This document shows, in pieces, positions 23,433 to 34,688 of a DNA stretch of 64,000 bases. Position 1 is the first letter of the stretch, and every line of letters starts with the position of its first letter. The translations under genes were made by a program, and so were the position numbers. Source of the stretch: an uncultured Chloroflexia bacterium (GTDB lineage: Bacteria > Chloroflexota > UBA6077 > JACCZL01); assembly GCA_963765765.1 (NCBI GenBank), contig CAVXYC010000016.1, positions 1 to 64,000 of the forward strand, read 5' to 3'. The notes under the pieces are model-generated. The model saw nothing but the letters and a program-made list of their open reading frames with translations. It was not told where the DNA came from and did not search any database.

Positions 23433-23717
23433 CGATATGCCTCTTGAATGTTGACTGATCGGAGATTATGACGGTGCGGGGGGCGATGCGTGCACGATAG
23501 CTTTTGTCGGCTTGACCGAGGCGAACGTTCCAAACACGCAGCTTTGGCGGGCAGATCTCGCCAAGTTCGGCATATCGCATGCAGTTCAAGCTATGCAGAT
23601 TCGTCTAGCCAGCAAAGGCGGGTAGATTATCGGGCGCCACACCTTATCCCGCTAGCAAGCCAAATGCGAATAGGCCCCTAGCAGCCTGACTGGCACCGCT
23701 GTATCGCCGACTGATAA

Positions 23718-24095
23718 ATGAGGGAAAGCATGCCACGATCAACTATTGAGGCGATCTATCAGCCGCTGGCGCAACTCGAGAGCGGTGAGCCTGTACATTT
23801 CATTGATACGAAGAACGGAATCGAGATACCTATTGCCGGGGCTGTCAAGATTCTGCTTCACGTCAGAAATGACGGCCCTTCGCTGGCTACCGTAGTGATC
23901 CAGGGCGGCAATCCCAGAGTGAGCCCGCACGGGAATGGCGAGGACGAAATTATCCAGGTCGCGCGGCGTGAAACGCGATTTATCGGACCGATCGACGTCG
24001 CCGCGTTCGCTCAATTAGGCGATGTGCTATGGCTAGATTTCACCCCCGAAACCGTCGGCCGACTGAGCGTGTACCGCCTCAACCAGACTGGTTAA
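23718..24095 (+). CDS. Hypothetical protein (beta-rich, 125 aa)
   Basis: Clean ORF with protein-like composition; no family recognised. Confidence 0.55.
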   Translation: MRESMPRSTIEAIYQPLAQLESGEPVHFIDTKNGIEIPIAGAVKILLHVRNDGPSLATVVIQGGNPRVSPHGNGEDEIIQVARRETRFIGPIDVAAFAQLGDVLWLDFTPETVGRLSVYRLNQTG

Positions 24096-24273
24096 TCCAT
24101 GGGCGTCCGCCACAATTTCCTGCCCGCTAGAGGGGCGCTCCGGCCAGAGAAGAATTATCCTGCTTGACAGGTGGCCCGCCCGGAAGTATCACAGGCGCAC
24201 AGCGTGGACCGTGTACTGGCGTGATGAGTGTCGCGCGCGGCGACACTTCCGGCTGGTCGAAAGGAGCCGAACG

Positions 24274-24774
24274 ATGACACAGGTGGAAAAGAACCCGTTG
24301 GACAGGTCAGGGGTTATCACCGACGAGAAGCTGAGCGGCGACCACGACTATCAGAGGCGGCAGAAGCTGGCCACCAAGGGCTGGCAGGTGGCCAGCATTC
24401 CGGACAACGCCAAGCCCAAGCCTGGCGGAGGTAGCTATATCAAGCTCACCGACAACCGCCATGCTGAAGCGGTCATCAACGTCTACCCGCCGGGCAAGAA
24501 AGACGAGATGCACTGTCACCCAGGGTCAGAGCACATTTTCCTGTGCTTCCAGGGTCAGCTCCACATTTACGGTCTCGAGGACGGCGAGGATGTGATCCTC
24601 AATCCTGGAGAGCTGGTGCACATTCGTGCCAGCTACTACTACCAGCTCGCCAACGAGACCGATGAGCTCACCGTGCTCTACCAGGTAGCCACCAAACCGG
24701 CCAAGCCACCGCGCATCACCCGCTACAGCTATCGCGGCAAGGGCGACGTCGACCCAACGACGCTCGAAGGGTAA
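24274..24774 (+). CDS. Cupin domain protein
   Basis: MHCHPGSEHIF..FQG...LNPGELVHI cupin motifs; AAGGAG RBS upstream. Confidence 0.85.
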   Translation: MTQVEKNPLDRSGVITDEKLSGDHDYQRRQKLATKGWQVASIPDNAKPKPGGGSYIKLTDNRHAEAVINVYPPGKKDEMHCHPGSEHIFLCFQGQLHIYGLEDGEDVILNPGELVHIRASYYYQLANETDELTVLYQVATKPAKPPRITRYSYRGKGDVDPTTLEG

Positions 24775-24948
24775 TCGGGCCGCAGAGCGCTTGGCATGCG
24801 GCGCTCCCCCACGCCGCATCCAAAGCTCCGGGCGGATGTCGCCTCCATAGAGCCCACGGCTGATCGATGGCACGGCCATTGCGGGGCCGCCGGGTTAATA
24901 TTGGAGTGGTCGCGACCACTCCGGGCATCGTGGTAAATCAGAAACAGC

Positions 24949-27654
24949 GTGCACCATCACTGCCGACGGTACGGGCGCAGCACTGCGCCCCCTATACCGA
25001 ATGGCCTTCACACGCGGCGAGCTGTCAGCCCTCGCTCGCGATGGTCCCCGGCCACCCTGCTGACCGTGGCCCTACTTTTGGCCCTGGCGACGGCGTGCGG
25101 CCAGACGCAGCCTCAGGCCGGATCAGCCGGGCCGTCGGGCCGCGCATCCTCATCGCGGCAAGACAGGTCATCGACGGACGGCGCCGCTTCAGCTTTGCCG
25201 TCGCCGACGGCGGCGACGGCCGGCAACGTGGCGCTCTCGCGGCCCCTCCAGACGGGCGAATACGCAATCACGGCTAATCGCGACGATCACTCGCTGTCAA
25301 TCGTGCCGATCGGCCTGGCCAGTGTCGTGGCGACGGTTCCTGTGGAAGGGGCACCGCTCGGCGTCGCAACCGCGCGGGGACCAGATCGAGCCTTCGCACT
25401 CATCGACTCGCCGACGAGCTCGGGCCTCGCGGTGACCGACATCGACGCGATGACGCCGCTCGGGGCCGTCGAGGTGAGCCCACGTCCCGATCGGTTGCTC
25501 AATTCGCCCGGAAATGTCGGTGGTCCGCTTCTGATGCTGTCGGACGCCGACAACACGCTCCGATCGCTGGACCCTGACACTGGGACACTCGGCCCGGCGG
25601 TGCAGCTTGGTGCTGGACCGCATGCCGCGGCGCTGGACATCACCTCAGACCAGGCGGTTCGGCGGATCCTTATCAGCAGCGCGGGCGAAGGGGTCGTCTC
25701 GGCCATCAGCCCCGACGCGAAGGACATTCTCGCGACGATTCAGATCGGCAGACGGCCCGTCGGCGTCGCCCCGGCGGCGTCCTACGGATCGCGCCGCGAC
25801 CGGGTGTGGGTGGCAGACGGGGAGGCTGGTACCGTCACGCTGGTCGATCTCACGAGCGGGGCGACCGAGCAAACGATCCAGGTAGGTCCGGGCCTCACCA
25901 GCATGGCCGCCACGGCCGGTAACAGGTATCTTGTCCTCTCCTCGAGTGATCCGCTTCACGCGCTCTACGCGATCGATATCTCGATGGCCCAGATCGATCC
26001 ACGCCGCACAGTGGTCCAGGAGCTCACCGTGGACGGCGGCGTTCTGGCCGTGGCGACGGGCCTGGAGCCCACACTCGCATTCATCACGACGGGTGACAAT
26101 CGGCTACTGTATTGGGATCTAACCTCGAACACGATCAAGCAGTCGATCAGCGTCGGTCAAGGTCCGGTAAGCCTGACGCTCGGATTCGCGAATCCCTCAG
26201 GCTTTGTCCCGATCCGCACACCCGGTGGAAGCACTGACACTGGCGCGGCTCAACGGGCAGCGTCGGCTCGACAGGCAGCTCCGGCGGTGCGAGTGCGTCG
26301 GGCGCAGGCGGCTCCGCTGCAACGGGCGGCCAGATTGGGGCCGGCTCGACTGGCGGCGGCTCTACGAGTGGGGGCGGAGGCGCCAGCACAGGCGCTTCCA
26401 ATGGCGGCGGGGCTGGAGGCGGAACCAACGCCGGCAGCGGCAGCAGTGGTGCCGGGTCGGGTGTCACAGGAACGAACAGCGGTGGAGGTGGCTTACAGGC
26501 GAGCGCCGGCGGTGGCGCGACGACATCCGGCGGTGGCACCGGTGCGTCAAACGCCGGCGGGGCCGGCTCGGCCGGTGGTGGGGCAAGCTCGAGCGGCGCT
26601 GGGTCCGGCTTAGCCGTTGGGTCCAGCTCGACGCGGCGGCGGGTCCGGCGCAGACCGGCAGTGGCGGGACCGGCTCGGCCAGTGGCGGGATCAGCTCGGC
26701 CGGCGGTGGGTCCGGCTCGGCCAGTGGCGGCGGAAGCAGCTCAGCCGCCGGCGGGAGCGACTCGGCCGCCGGCGGGACTGGCTCAGCCGGTGGCGCAACC
26801 AGCTCTCAGAGCACTGGTCCCACCACTGGCCGCACCGGCGGTGGAGCGTCAGGCGGTACTGGAGCGTCGACGAGCACTGCCCCATCTAACGCCGGCAGCT
26901 CGAGCGCTACCCCGGGGGCTCAGGCCGCTGGCAGCGGATCTAGTGGCAGCACCAGTACCAACGCGAATTCGACCAGTAGCTCGGTTGGCGGCGCGGGTTC
27001 GACAGGAGCGAGCTCTGGAAGCAGTCCTTCGAGCGGTTCGGCCAGCCAGACAGGAAGCACGAGCGCTGGCGGCTCAACGGGCAGCACGGGCATCCGGTCG
27101 GCTCCCAGGCGGAGCCGCCGCAGAGCTCGCTCGTGTGCGGCATCCTGCAGCAGATCAGTCCACCGTTGTCCACCGCGGCTGGGTGCGCCGCCGCCCCGAA
27201 CGAGTCCGGCACTACCGCGAGTAACGCCGGTGCCACCGCCACCCCAACCGGCACGCCCAAGGACACGCAAGCCGCACCACCGGCGGCAACAGGTGTGCCA
27301 ACTAGCCAGCCCGGCGCGGGTCAGGCCAGCACCCCGGTGAGCGCGGTACCTACGAGCACCCCAGCTCCTGCCACGATGTCAGGCTCCTCCAGCGGTCCAC
27401 AGCCCGCCGCTCGAAGCGGGACTGGCCAGGCGAACATCGGCGGGGCCGGCCAGGTGTCATCCGGTGCGAGTCAGTCGGCTTCCCGTCCAACGGCGACTCG
27501 CGAGAGTAGCTCCGACGACGAACCAGATTGCGAGAGCCTGGTGCCCTCCTGGCTACAAGCTGACGTGCGCTCCTTGTGCAACGAAATGCGCGAGCGTACC
27601 GACCAGTCCGGCGATCAGGGACAGCGCGATCGCCCCTCGCGCGGCTCGCGCTAG
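24949..27654 (+). CDS. YVTN/YncE-like beta-propeller lipoprotein with a long Gly/Ser/Thr-rich tail (frameshifted)
   Basis: Lipobox LALATAC; repeats ATIQIGRRPVGVA, QTIQVGPG and QSISVGQGPVSL; low-complexity G/S/T region at about 26220-27500. Confidence 0.75.
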
Positions 27655-27768
27655 TACCGACGCACCTGGAGCTGACCGGTGGGCCGGGAGTCTCCGACCG
27701 TGCAGTACCAACTGGCATGGACGACTTGGTGGGTTGCCGGCCCCGTTCGTAGCAACGGTCTTGGAGTG

Positions 27769-28730
<962 letters not shown>

Positions 28731-28770
28731 ACCACGCCTCCTCATGGCGACACTGGCAGTCGGCGACCGG

Positions 28771-28990
28771 CGTCCCCAGGCCGGAACTTGCAGATACGGG
28801 CTGAGCGCCCCGGCAACAGTACAGGCTCACGGGACGACGGGCAGAGGTGAGGCCCAGGCTACAAAACGGTCTCACCGGACCGAGTGCGGATCGGACTCTC
28901 ACCTCCGGCCGACCGCATTCCAGATGGGCTCGCTGGCCTCGCGGAGTTATCCCCACCCCGCGACGACGGCGACTTATCCCCATCTTTCAC
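28771..28990 (-). ncRNA. Predicted IS110 bridge RNA (5' hairpin, target-binding loop, donor-binding loop)
   Basis: Guides TCCGCACT (28883-28890) and TTTGTAG (28859-28865) match the flanks. Guides ACTGTTGC (28813-28820) and TGCAAG (28787-28792) match the element ends. RNA boundaries are approximate. Confidence 0.8.
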
Positions 28991-29133
28991 GCTTCGCGTT
29001 CAAGATACAAGTGCGGAATTTATTCCGCCGTCTCCCGAACTGCAGCGGCTCGTGATCGCCAACTGAGCCGTCAGCGCACATGGGTCATGCGGTTAGACTC
29101 ATTGCCGGATCTGATGGACGGAGAGCGCGGCAC

Positions 29134-30240
29134 ATGGAATCTGGCGACATCATCCAGCGGCGGATGCACAACCAGCACCTCTGGGGACCGCCCCTCGAGC
29201 GGCCGGAGAGCGTTGTGCGATGGCTGGGCGCGATGCAAGCTCAGGAGTTCGGGCCGGCCAAGTGGGCGGTAGCACAGCGGTGCGGCGTGGTGGGGAATGA
29301 CGTCCTGGACCGCGCCTACGCCGAGGGCGTCATCCTCCGCACGCACATCCTGCGGCCGACCTGGCATTTCGTCGCGCCGGCGGATCTGCGCTGGCTCATG
29401 GCGCTTAGCGGCCCGCGCGTCCGGGCACTGAATGCCTCTGGGGAAAGACAGCTCGAGCTGGACAATGAGACCATTGCCAGGACCAATGCACTCATCGCCG
29501 CCGCCGTCCAGGGTGGCCAGCATTTGACTCGCACAGATATCGCGACTCGCCTGAACGAGGCCGGCATCCAGGCGAGGGGTCAACGTCTGGCGTACATCGT
29601 CATGCGAGCCGAGCTGGATGCAGTCATCTGCAGCGGCGCGCCGCGTGGCAAGCAGCACACCTACGCGCTCTTCGATGAACGCGTGCCTGGTGGCCCCGGC
29701 TTCGATCGGGATGAAGCTCTGGCCGAGCTGACCGAGCGTTACTTCACCAGCCGCGGACCGGCCACGCTAAAGGACTTCCTGCGCTGGTCGAGTCTGACAG
29801 CGGCTGATGGACGACGTGGCCTGGAGATGGTCGGAGGCCGACTCGAGCACGAGCAGGTGGATAACCGAACGTACTGGTTCGCAGCGTCGTCGCGATGGCC
29901 GGCGCCGGCGTCTCCGCGAGTCGATCTGATTCAGATCTACGATGAGTACGTCATGGGCTACAGCGAGAGTCGAGACCTGATCCAGTACGGGGACACCCCA
30001 TTCGACCTGTTCCAGGGTCGCGTCCAGTTCCCCCACGCGGTCATGCTCAACGGCCGGCTGATCGGCCACTGGCGGCCCGTCATGACTCCTCGTGCCGCCG
30101 CGATCGAAACGCAGCTTCTCAGATCGCTTAACCAGACCGAGCAGCGAGTGCTGGAGAAGGCGGTCGAGCGATATGGTCGTTTCATCGAGAAGCCTATCAG
30201 CGTACTGTTTTCGGACGCGGCTTCTGGAGCTCCGTCGTAA
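29134..30240 (+). CDS. Winged-helix (HTH_42) AlkZ-like DNA glycosylase family protein
   Basis: GAMQAQE (QxQ), RTHILRPTWHFV, RYF...GPAT..DF.RWS, and YDEYVMGY. Confidence 0.88.
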   Translation: MESGDIIQRRMHNQHLWGPPLERPESVVRWLGAMQAQEFGPAKWAVAQRCGVVGNDVLDRAYAEGVILRTHILRPTWHFVAPADLRWLMALSGPRVRALNASGERQLELDNETIARTNALIAAAVQGGQHLTRTDIATRLNEAGIQARGQRLAYIVMRAELDAVICSGAPRGKQHTYALFDERVPGGPGFDRDEALAELTERYFTSRGPATLKDFLRWSSLTAADGRRGLEMVGGRLEHEQVDNRTYWFAASSRWPAPASPRVDLIQIYDEYVMGYSESRDLIQYGDTPFDLFQGRVQFPHAVMLNGRLIGHWRPVMTPRAAAIETQLLRSLNQTEQRVLEKAVERYGRFIEKPISVLFSDAASGAPS

Positions 30241-30472
30241 GCAGACAGGCTGCGCGACGTTCGGGATATTCGAAAGCTTGCACCGGCAGGCTTTCCCCGC
30301 CCGCTAGCACCGCACAGAGACTGATCCGTAGTGCCTGCAGAATCTGGCTCGGCACATCGTCTCCCATGTGCTCTACGCGTATCGAGCTGAGTTCCTTCGT
30401 CGCCCCGAATAGGTCACATCGGGCAGTGCCCGCCTCCGCTACACTTGCAGACAAGCATTCCGGAGGGACCGC

Positions 30473-31405
30473 ATGGATTATCGGCGCCTCGGCAGCTCGG
30501 GGCTGCTTGTCTCCGCCATTGGCCTGGGCACTAACAACTTTGGTGGCCGTAGCGACTTTGATCAGAGCCGCGCCGTTATTGAACGCGCGCTTGACCAGGG
30601 AATCACACTGTTCGACACGGCGGATGTCTACGGCAAAGGCCGCTCCGAGGAGTTCATCGGTGAAGTGCTTGGTAGCCGCCGCAAGGACGTGGTGATCGCC
30701 ACCAAGTTCGCCATAGCAATGGGCGACGGGCCTTACGATAGTGGCGCGTCACGCCACTACATCTTCCGAGCGGTCGAGGCCAGCCTGCGCCGTTTGAAGA
30801 CCGACTACATCGACCTCTATCAGATCCATCGGCCGGATCCCAATACACCCATCCTGGAGACGCTGCAGGCGCTGGACGATCTCGTCCGCCAGGGCAAGGT
30901 GCGGTATGTGGGCCACAGCAACTTCGCCGCGTGGCAGATCGTCGACGCACAGTGGACGGCAAAAACGGAGCACCTGGCGCAGCCCATCTCGGCACAGCAC
31001 GAGTACAGTCTGCTCAACCGAACGATTCAGGCCGAGGTGCTGCCAGCGAGTCGAGCTCTGGGCCTGGGCGTGCTGCCCTACTTTCCGCTGGCCGGTGGTT
31101 TCCTCACGGGCAAGTACCGCAAGGACGCCATGCCAGAAGGGGCACGCCTGAGCGGTCCCGGCACCCAGCTGGCGGGCCGCATCCTGACTGATCCTAACTG
31201 GGAGCGCGTGGCAAAGCTAGAGGACTTCGCCGAGCAGAGCGGCCACAGTATGGTGGAGCTTGCCTTCGGCTGGCTGCTCGCCGAGCCGGCAATCGGCAGC
31301 GTCATTGCCGGCGCCACGCGGCCGGAGCAGATCGACCAGAACGTCAGGGCCGGGAGCGAGAAGCTCGCCGCGGACGAGGTCGAGGCGCTTTCCGCTCTCG
31401 TCTGA
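30473..31405 (+). CDS. Aldo/keto reductase
   Basis: LGSSGL.VS.IGLG, FDTADVYG, DYIDLYQIH and GKVRYVG.SN. Confidence 0.95.
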   Translation: MDYRRLGSSGLLVSAIGLGTNNFGGRSDFDQSRAVIERALDQGITLFDTADVYGKGRSEEFIGEVLGSRRKDVVIATKFAIAMGDGPYDSGASRHYIFRAVEASLRRLKTDYIDLYQIHRPDPNTPILETLQALDDLVRQGKVRYVGHSNFAAWQIVDAQWTAKTEHLAQPISAQHEYSLLNRTIQAEVLPASRALGLGVLPYFPLAGGFLTGKYRKDAMPEGARLSGPGTQLAGRILTDPNWERVAKLEDFAEQSGHSMVELAFGWLLAEPAIGSVIAGATRPEQIDQNVRAGSEKLAADEVEALSALV

Positions 31406-31468
31406 GGCTGCGAGGTGGCTGCCGCTGCAGCACCCATCGGGATTGGCTTCGGTATCAGCACGATCCAT

Positions 31469-31740
31469 TAGTGAGACAAATGATGCGAACCCGGGGGTCC
31501 ACGCACCTGGCATGAAAATGGGGCTGGGCTCGTCAGGGCCCAGCGGAGGCGTGGAAGGGCGCAAGCATTTGGCGCTGCGAGTACCGGTAGTGAGATTGAC
31601 CCGCCGTGCCGCCCGGCACACCCCTGTGGTGCTTCGAGCCCGCGTGAGAGTTTCGCGTGGTGTCCCGGCACGGCCGCGCCTCCAGATTGGAGGAACCCCC
31701 CATGGACGTCGTGCATCCTTGCTGTCCGCGGCTTGACGGA
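31469..31740 (+). mobile_element. IS110/IS1111-family left-end remnant with a structured guide-RNA-like region and the first ~12 transposase codons
   Basis: GGAGG RBS then ATG at 31702 giving MDVVHPCC..LD, a typical IS110-family N-terminus. Upstream are CATGAAAATGGGG and several hairpins. Confidence 0.65.
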
Positions 31741-31787
31741 AGCATACGAAGGTACCATCCTCATTGCAGGGTAGGGAGGCAACAACG

Positions 31788-32685
31788 GTGGCGGAACGGG
31801 ACATTGGCGCGCGGTCTGGGAGCCTGGAGCAAGACCAGGCACAATCTGCTCACTACACGGAGTGGTTATCGGCGTTCTTTGCCTCGCCGGATTGCGCTCG
31901 CTTATTCCTGCTGCTTGCCGAATCGAGCCGCGCGCTTGACGAGCTAACCACCGCTACAGGACTTCCGAGAGACGCTGTTTGCGCGAACCTGGCAACGCTG
32001 GAAGGACTGGGTCTCATACGCGAAGATGCCTCCACGGATGGCCCGTTCTATCGCCTTGACGAGCGAGCAGATTGGTCGGGCGATGGAATTCCTGGCTACT
32101 CGTCCCAGCGACTTTCGAACTCTCGCGGGTCGCCCGGCGCCGCTGTTCTCGTTGCCATCGGCGGACGGCAACGAGATCTCACTGGAGGATTGTCTTGCCA
32201 GAGGTCCCGTGGCTCTCTGGTTCTCCAGCGGCCTGGCGTGCCCGATTTGCCGCAGAAACAGAGCCCGTCTTAGCGTCAACTACTCGGTCTTCCGGTCTCT
32301 TGGTGCAGAGCTGCTTGAGGTGACACCCACGCCACCGGACAGAGCACGAATGTACTACTCCAGATTCAGCCTGACGTTCCCGTATTTGTGCGACCCCGAT
32401 ACGCGCGTCTGGGAGATGTACGGTCTCCGGCCGGGACGGCTGGGCCCGCTGCATGTCCTGGGAGTGATGCTTCCGGATGCCGTGGGCCCCAGGACCGTCT
32501 TGCACGATTGGGTTGATGGGCCGAAGATACAGCCCACGCAGGCAGAGTTAGCGCACCTGGGAAACGAGTACGGGTTCTTCCTGATCGATCAGTCCGGCGC
32601 CATCCGCAGCGCCGATGCCGGGCCATACATGGGCTTGCCTGCCAACGCGGAGATCGAGCGCCAGCTGCGGGCCCTGGTCTCTTAG
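31788..32685 (+). CDS. ArsR-like winged-HTH plus AhpC/TSA redoxin (probable fusion with a frameshift near 32065)
   Basis: HTH: ALDELTTATGLPRDAVCANLATLEGLGLI. Redoxin: GRPAPLFSLPSADG.EISL, ACPIC, FPYLCDPD and FLIDQSG. Confidence 0.7.
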
Positions 32686-33860
32686 GCTGATCGGCTAAAG
32701 GAGCGTCTCGGGGCGCATGGTGCTAATACCGAGCGCCCGTAAGGGTGGCGCAGATTGTGCGGGGCTGGCGGCACGACGCGGTGGGAGTGCCTCATGGCTG
32801 GGCGGATCGGTGCGGTGAGCTGGGCGGAACCGGTGGACGAGCTCGAGCGGCGATACCGCCAGGCGACCACGGTGGGGGCGCGCACGCGGTTGCAGGTTCT
32901 CTGGTTGGTGCGCCAGGGCCAGAGCGCTCGGGCGGCGGCGCACCCCGCCGGGGTGGGCGAGCACACCGCCATCCGCTGGCTCGGCTGGTATCGTCCCGGC
33001 GGCCTCGCCGCGGTCCTGCGGCGGCTGCCGGGGCACACCTCCCGGGGGCGGGCGAACTGGCTGAGTCGCGACCAGCGGTCCGCGCTGCTGGCCGAGGCCG
33101 CGACCGGGCGGTTCCTCACGGCCGCCGACGCTCAGGCCTGGATCCGGGCCGAGTTCGGCGTCGCCTACAGCCGGCGCGGCACCTACGGGGCGCTCGCCCG
33201 ACTGGGGATTCATTCCAAGGTCCCCCGTCCCCAGGCCGAGCGAGCCAACCCGGCGTCCCAGGACGCCTGGAAAAAGGGGGGCTGACCGCCGCCCTGCGCG
33301 ACGCCGGGCTCACGCGCGAGCGGGCGATTGTCTTCGGAGATGAGCTGCGTCTGGGGCTGCGCGGCCAGACGCGCCGGGTGCTCGGACCGCGTGGGGTGAA
33401 GGTGACCCAACGCCTGCAGCTCCGCTATGTCTGGCGGTACCTGCTGCTGGTCGTCGATCCCCGCGCTGGGACGCTCCGCTGGGCGTGGCTCGAGCGCATG
33501 CGCCAGACGCACCTGAGCCGGTGCTGCGCCGCTGGGCGCTGGAAGGATTGGTCTGGGACGGCGCCGGGAGCCATCGCGGGAAGCTGCTGGCCCCGCTGCC
33601 CACGCCGCGGGTGCTGCTGCCGCCGTACGCGCCGGAGCTGAACCCAGCCGAGCGGGTGTTCGAGGAGCTCCGCCGCCAGGTGGAGGGGCGGGTCTATCCG
33701 AGCATTGAGGACAAGCAGGCGGCGGCGGAAACGTCGCTGGCCGCGCTGTCCGCCGAGCCGGCGCGCGTCCGCCGACTGTGCGGCTGGCAGTGGCTCACGG
33801 CCGACCTCGATGCCCTGCCCCGGGCTGGGTAATGTCCGCCACTCTCACAGCGAATCGGTA
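32685..33860 (+). mobile_element. IS630-family insertion sequence with TA duplication
   Basis: Flanked by TA (32683-32684 and 33861-33862) with imperfect terminal IRs. orfA (HTH, 32794-33285) ends WKKGG at A5G6 (33271-33281). DDE: FGDELRLG, VWDGAGSH and PELNPAE. Confidence 0.88.
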
Positions 33861-33875
33861 TAAGGGGAGATCAGA

Positions 33876-34661
33876 GTGAACCCAAAAGTGACCTTGGCGG
33901 CAAGTGGCAAGACTTCTCGTGGCCAATTGATGGGATGGATGCGTATGCGTGGAGCGAAGCGCGTATTGATGGACGAGATCAAGTCTTTCTATCGGCCGAT
34001 CACGCCCCCAATGAACAGCCCTTGGCCAGAACCGCTCTTTGCGGCAGGTCGAGCCGTGGGCCACGTCCATATGTCGATTGGCTTTCTTCGCGAGACTGAT
34101 GATTACGGTATAGCCACTTACCACGCTCAAGCTGGTGTTGCAGCAGCTTATGCAGCAATCGATTGACCACTGCTGTATTTCTGAATTTTTGGCTTGAGCT
34201 TGGCCGAGAGCAAAGCCAGCCCCGAGCGCCCGTGGCCTCGAACCCAACAGCACCATCGACTTTGCCCGCGACGATTTTAGGGCCCTCGTGCGTGCAGCGG
34301 TAGCAAGTAACCCTAGCTGCCGAGTAGCTGTCGAACGGCTAATCACGGCCGTTGCCAAAATTAAGCCGTACCGAGATCGCGCCCTGCATCGCGACGGTCT
34401 CCGATTGTCGGGAGGTGGACGCGACACGGCTTTTGACCTTTGAATCCAGACAATGGATCGAGTCGCGTGGAGACAAATGGATAGGACCAATGGGCACGCC
34501 ATTCCCCGGCGGCGGACGGCATCGAAACGGTGATCGTCGACCTGTTCACGTATTGGGCGGCTTCTGGATCCGCGATTCTTGGTCTATTAGATGGGCTCAA
34601 AGGGCAAGGCGCCCCCCGAGCCCGGGTTCCCGAACCGGCCCTAATGACGTGTCGTCAGTGA
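33876..34661 (+). CDS. Putative HEPN-domain protein, split by several frameshifts
   Basis: AGGGGAG RBS; YHAQAGVAAAYAAID / TAVFLNFWLEL / ...KIKPYRDRALHRDG (Rx4H at 34372-34389), stitched manually from three frames. Confidence 0.4.
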
Positions 34662-34688
34662 TGAGCGAGTCCCATGCGTTCTCTTGTT

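Noticed and set aside
26220-27500. Tandem repeat array or satellite
   Set aside because: Explained by Gly/Ser/Thr low-complexity coding sequence; there is no fixed repeat unit.
32200-32260. Second selenoprotein in the redoxin CxxC
   Set aside because: Both positions are ordinary Cys codons (TGC); there is no in-frame UGA.
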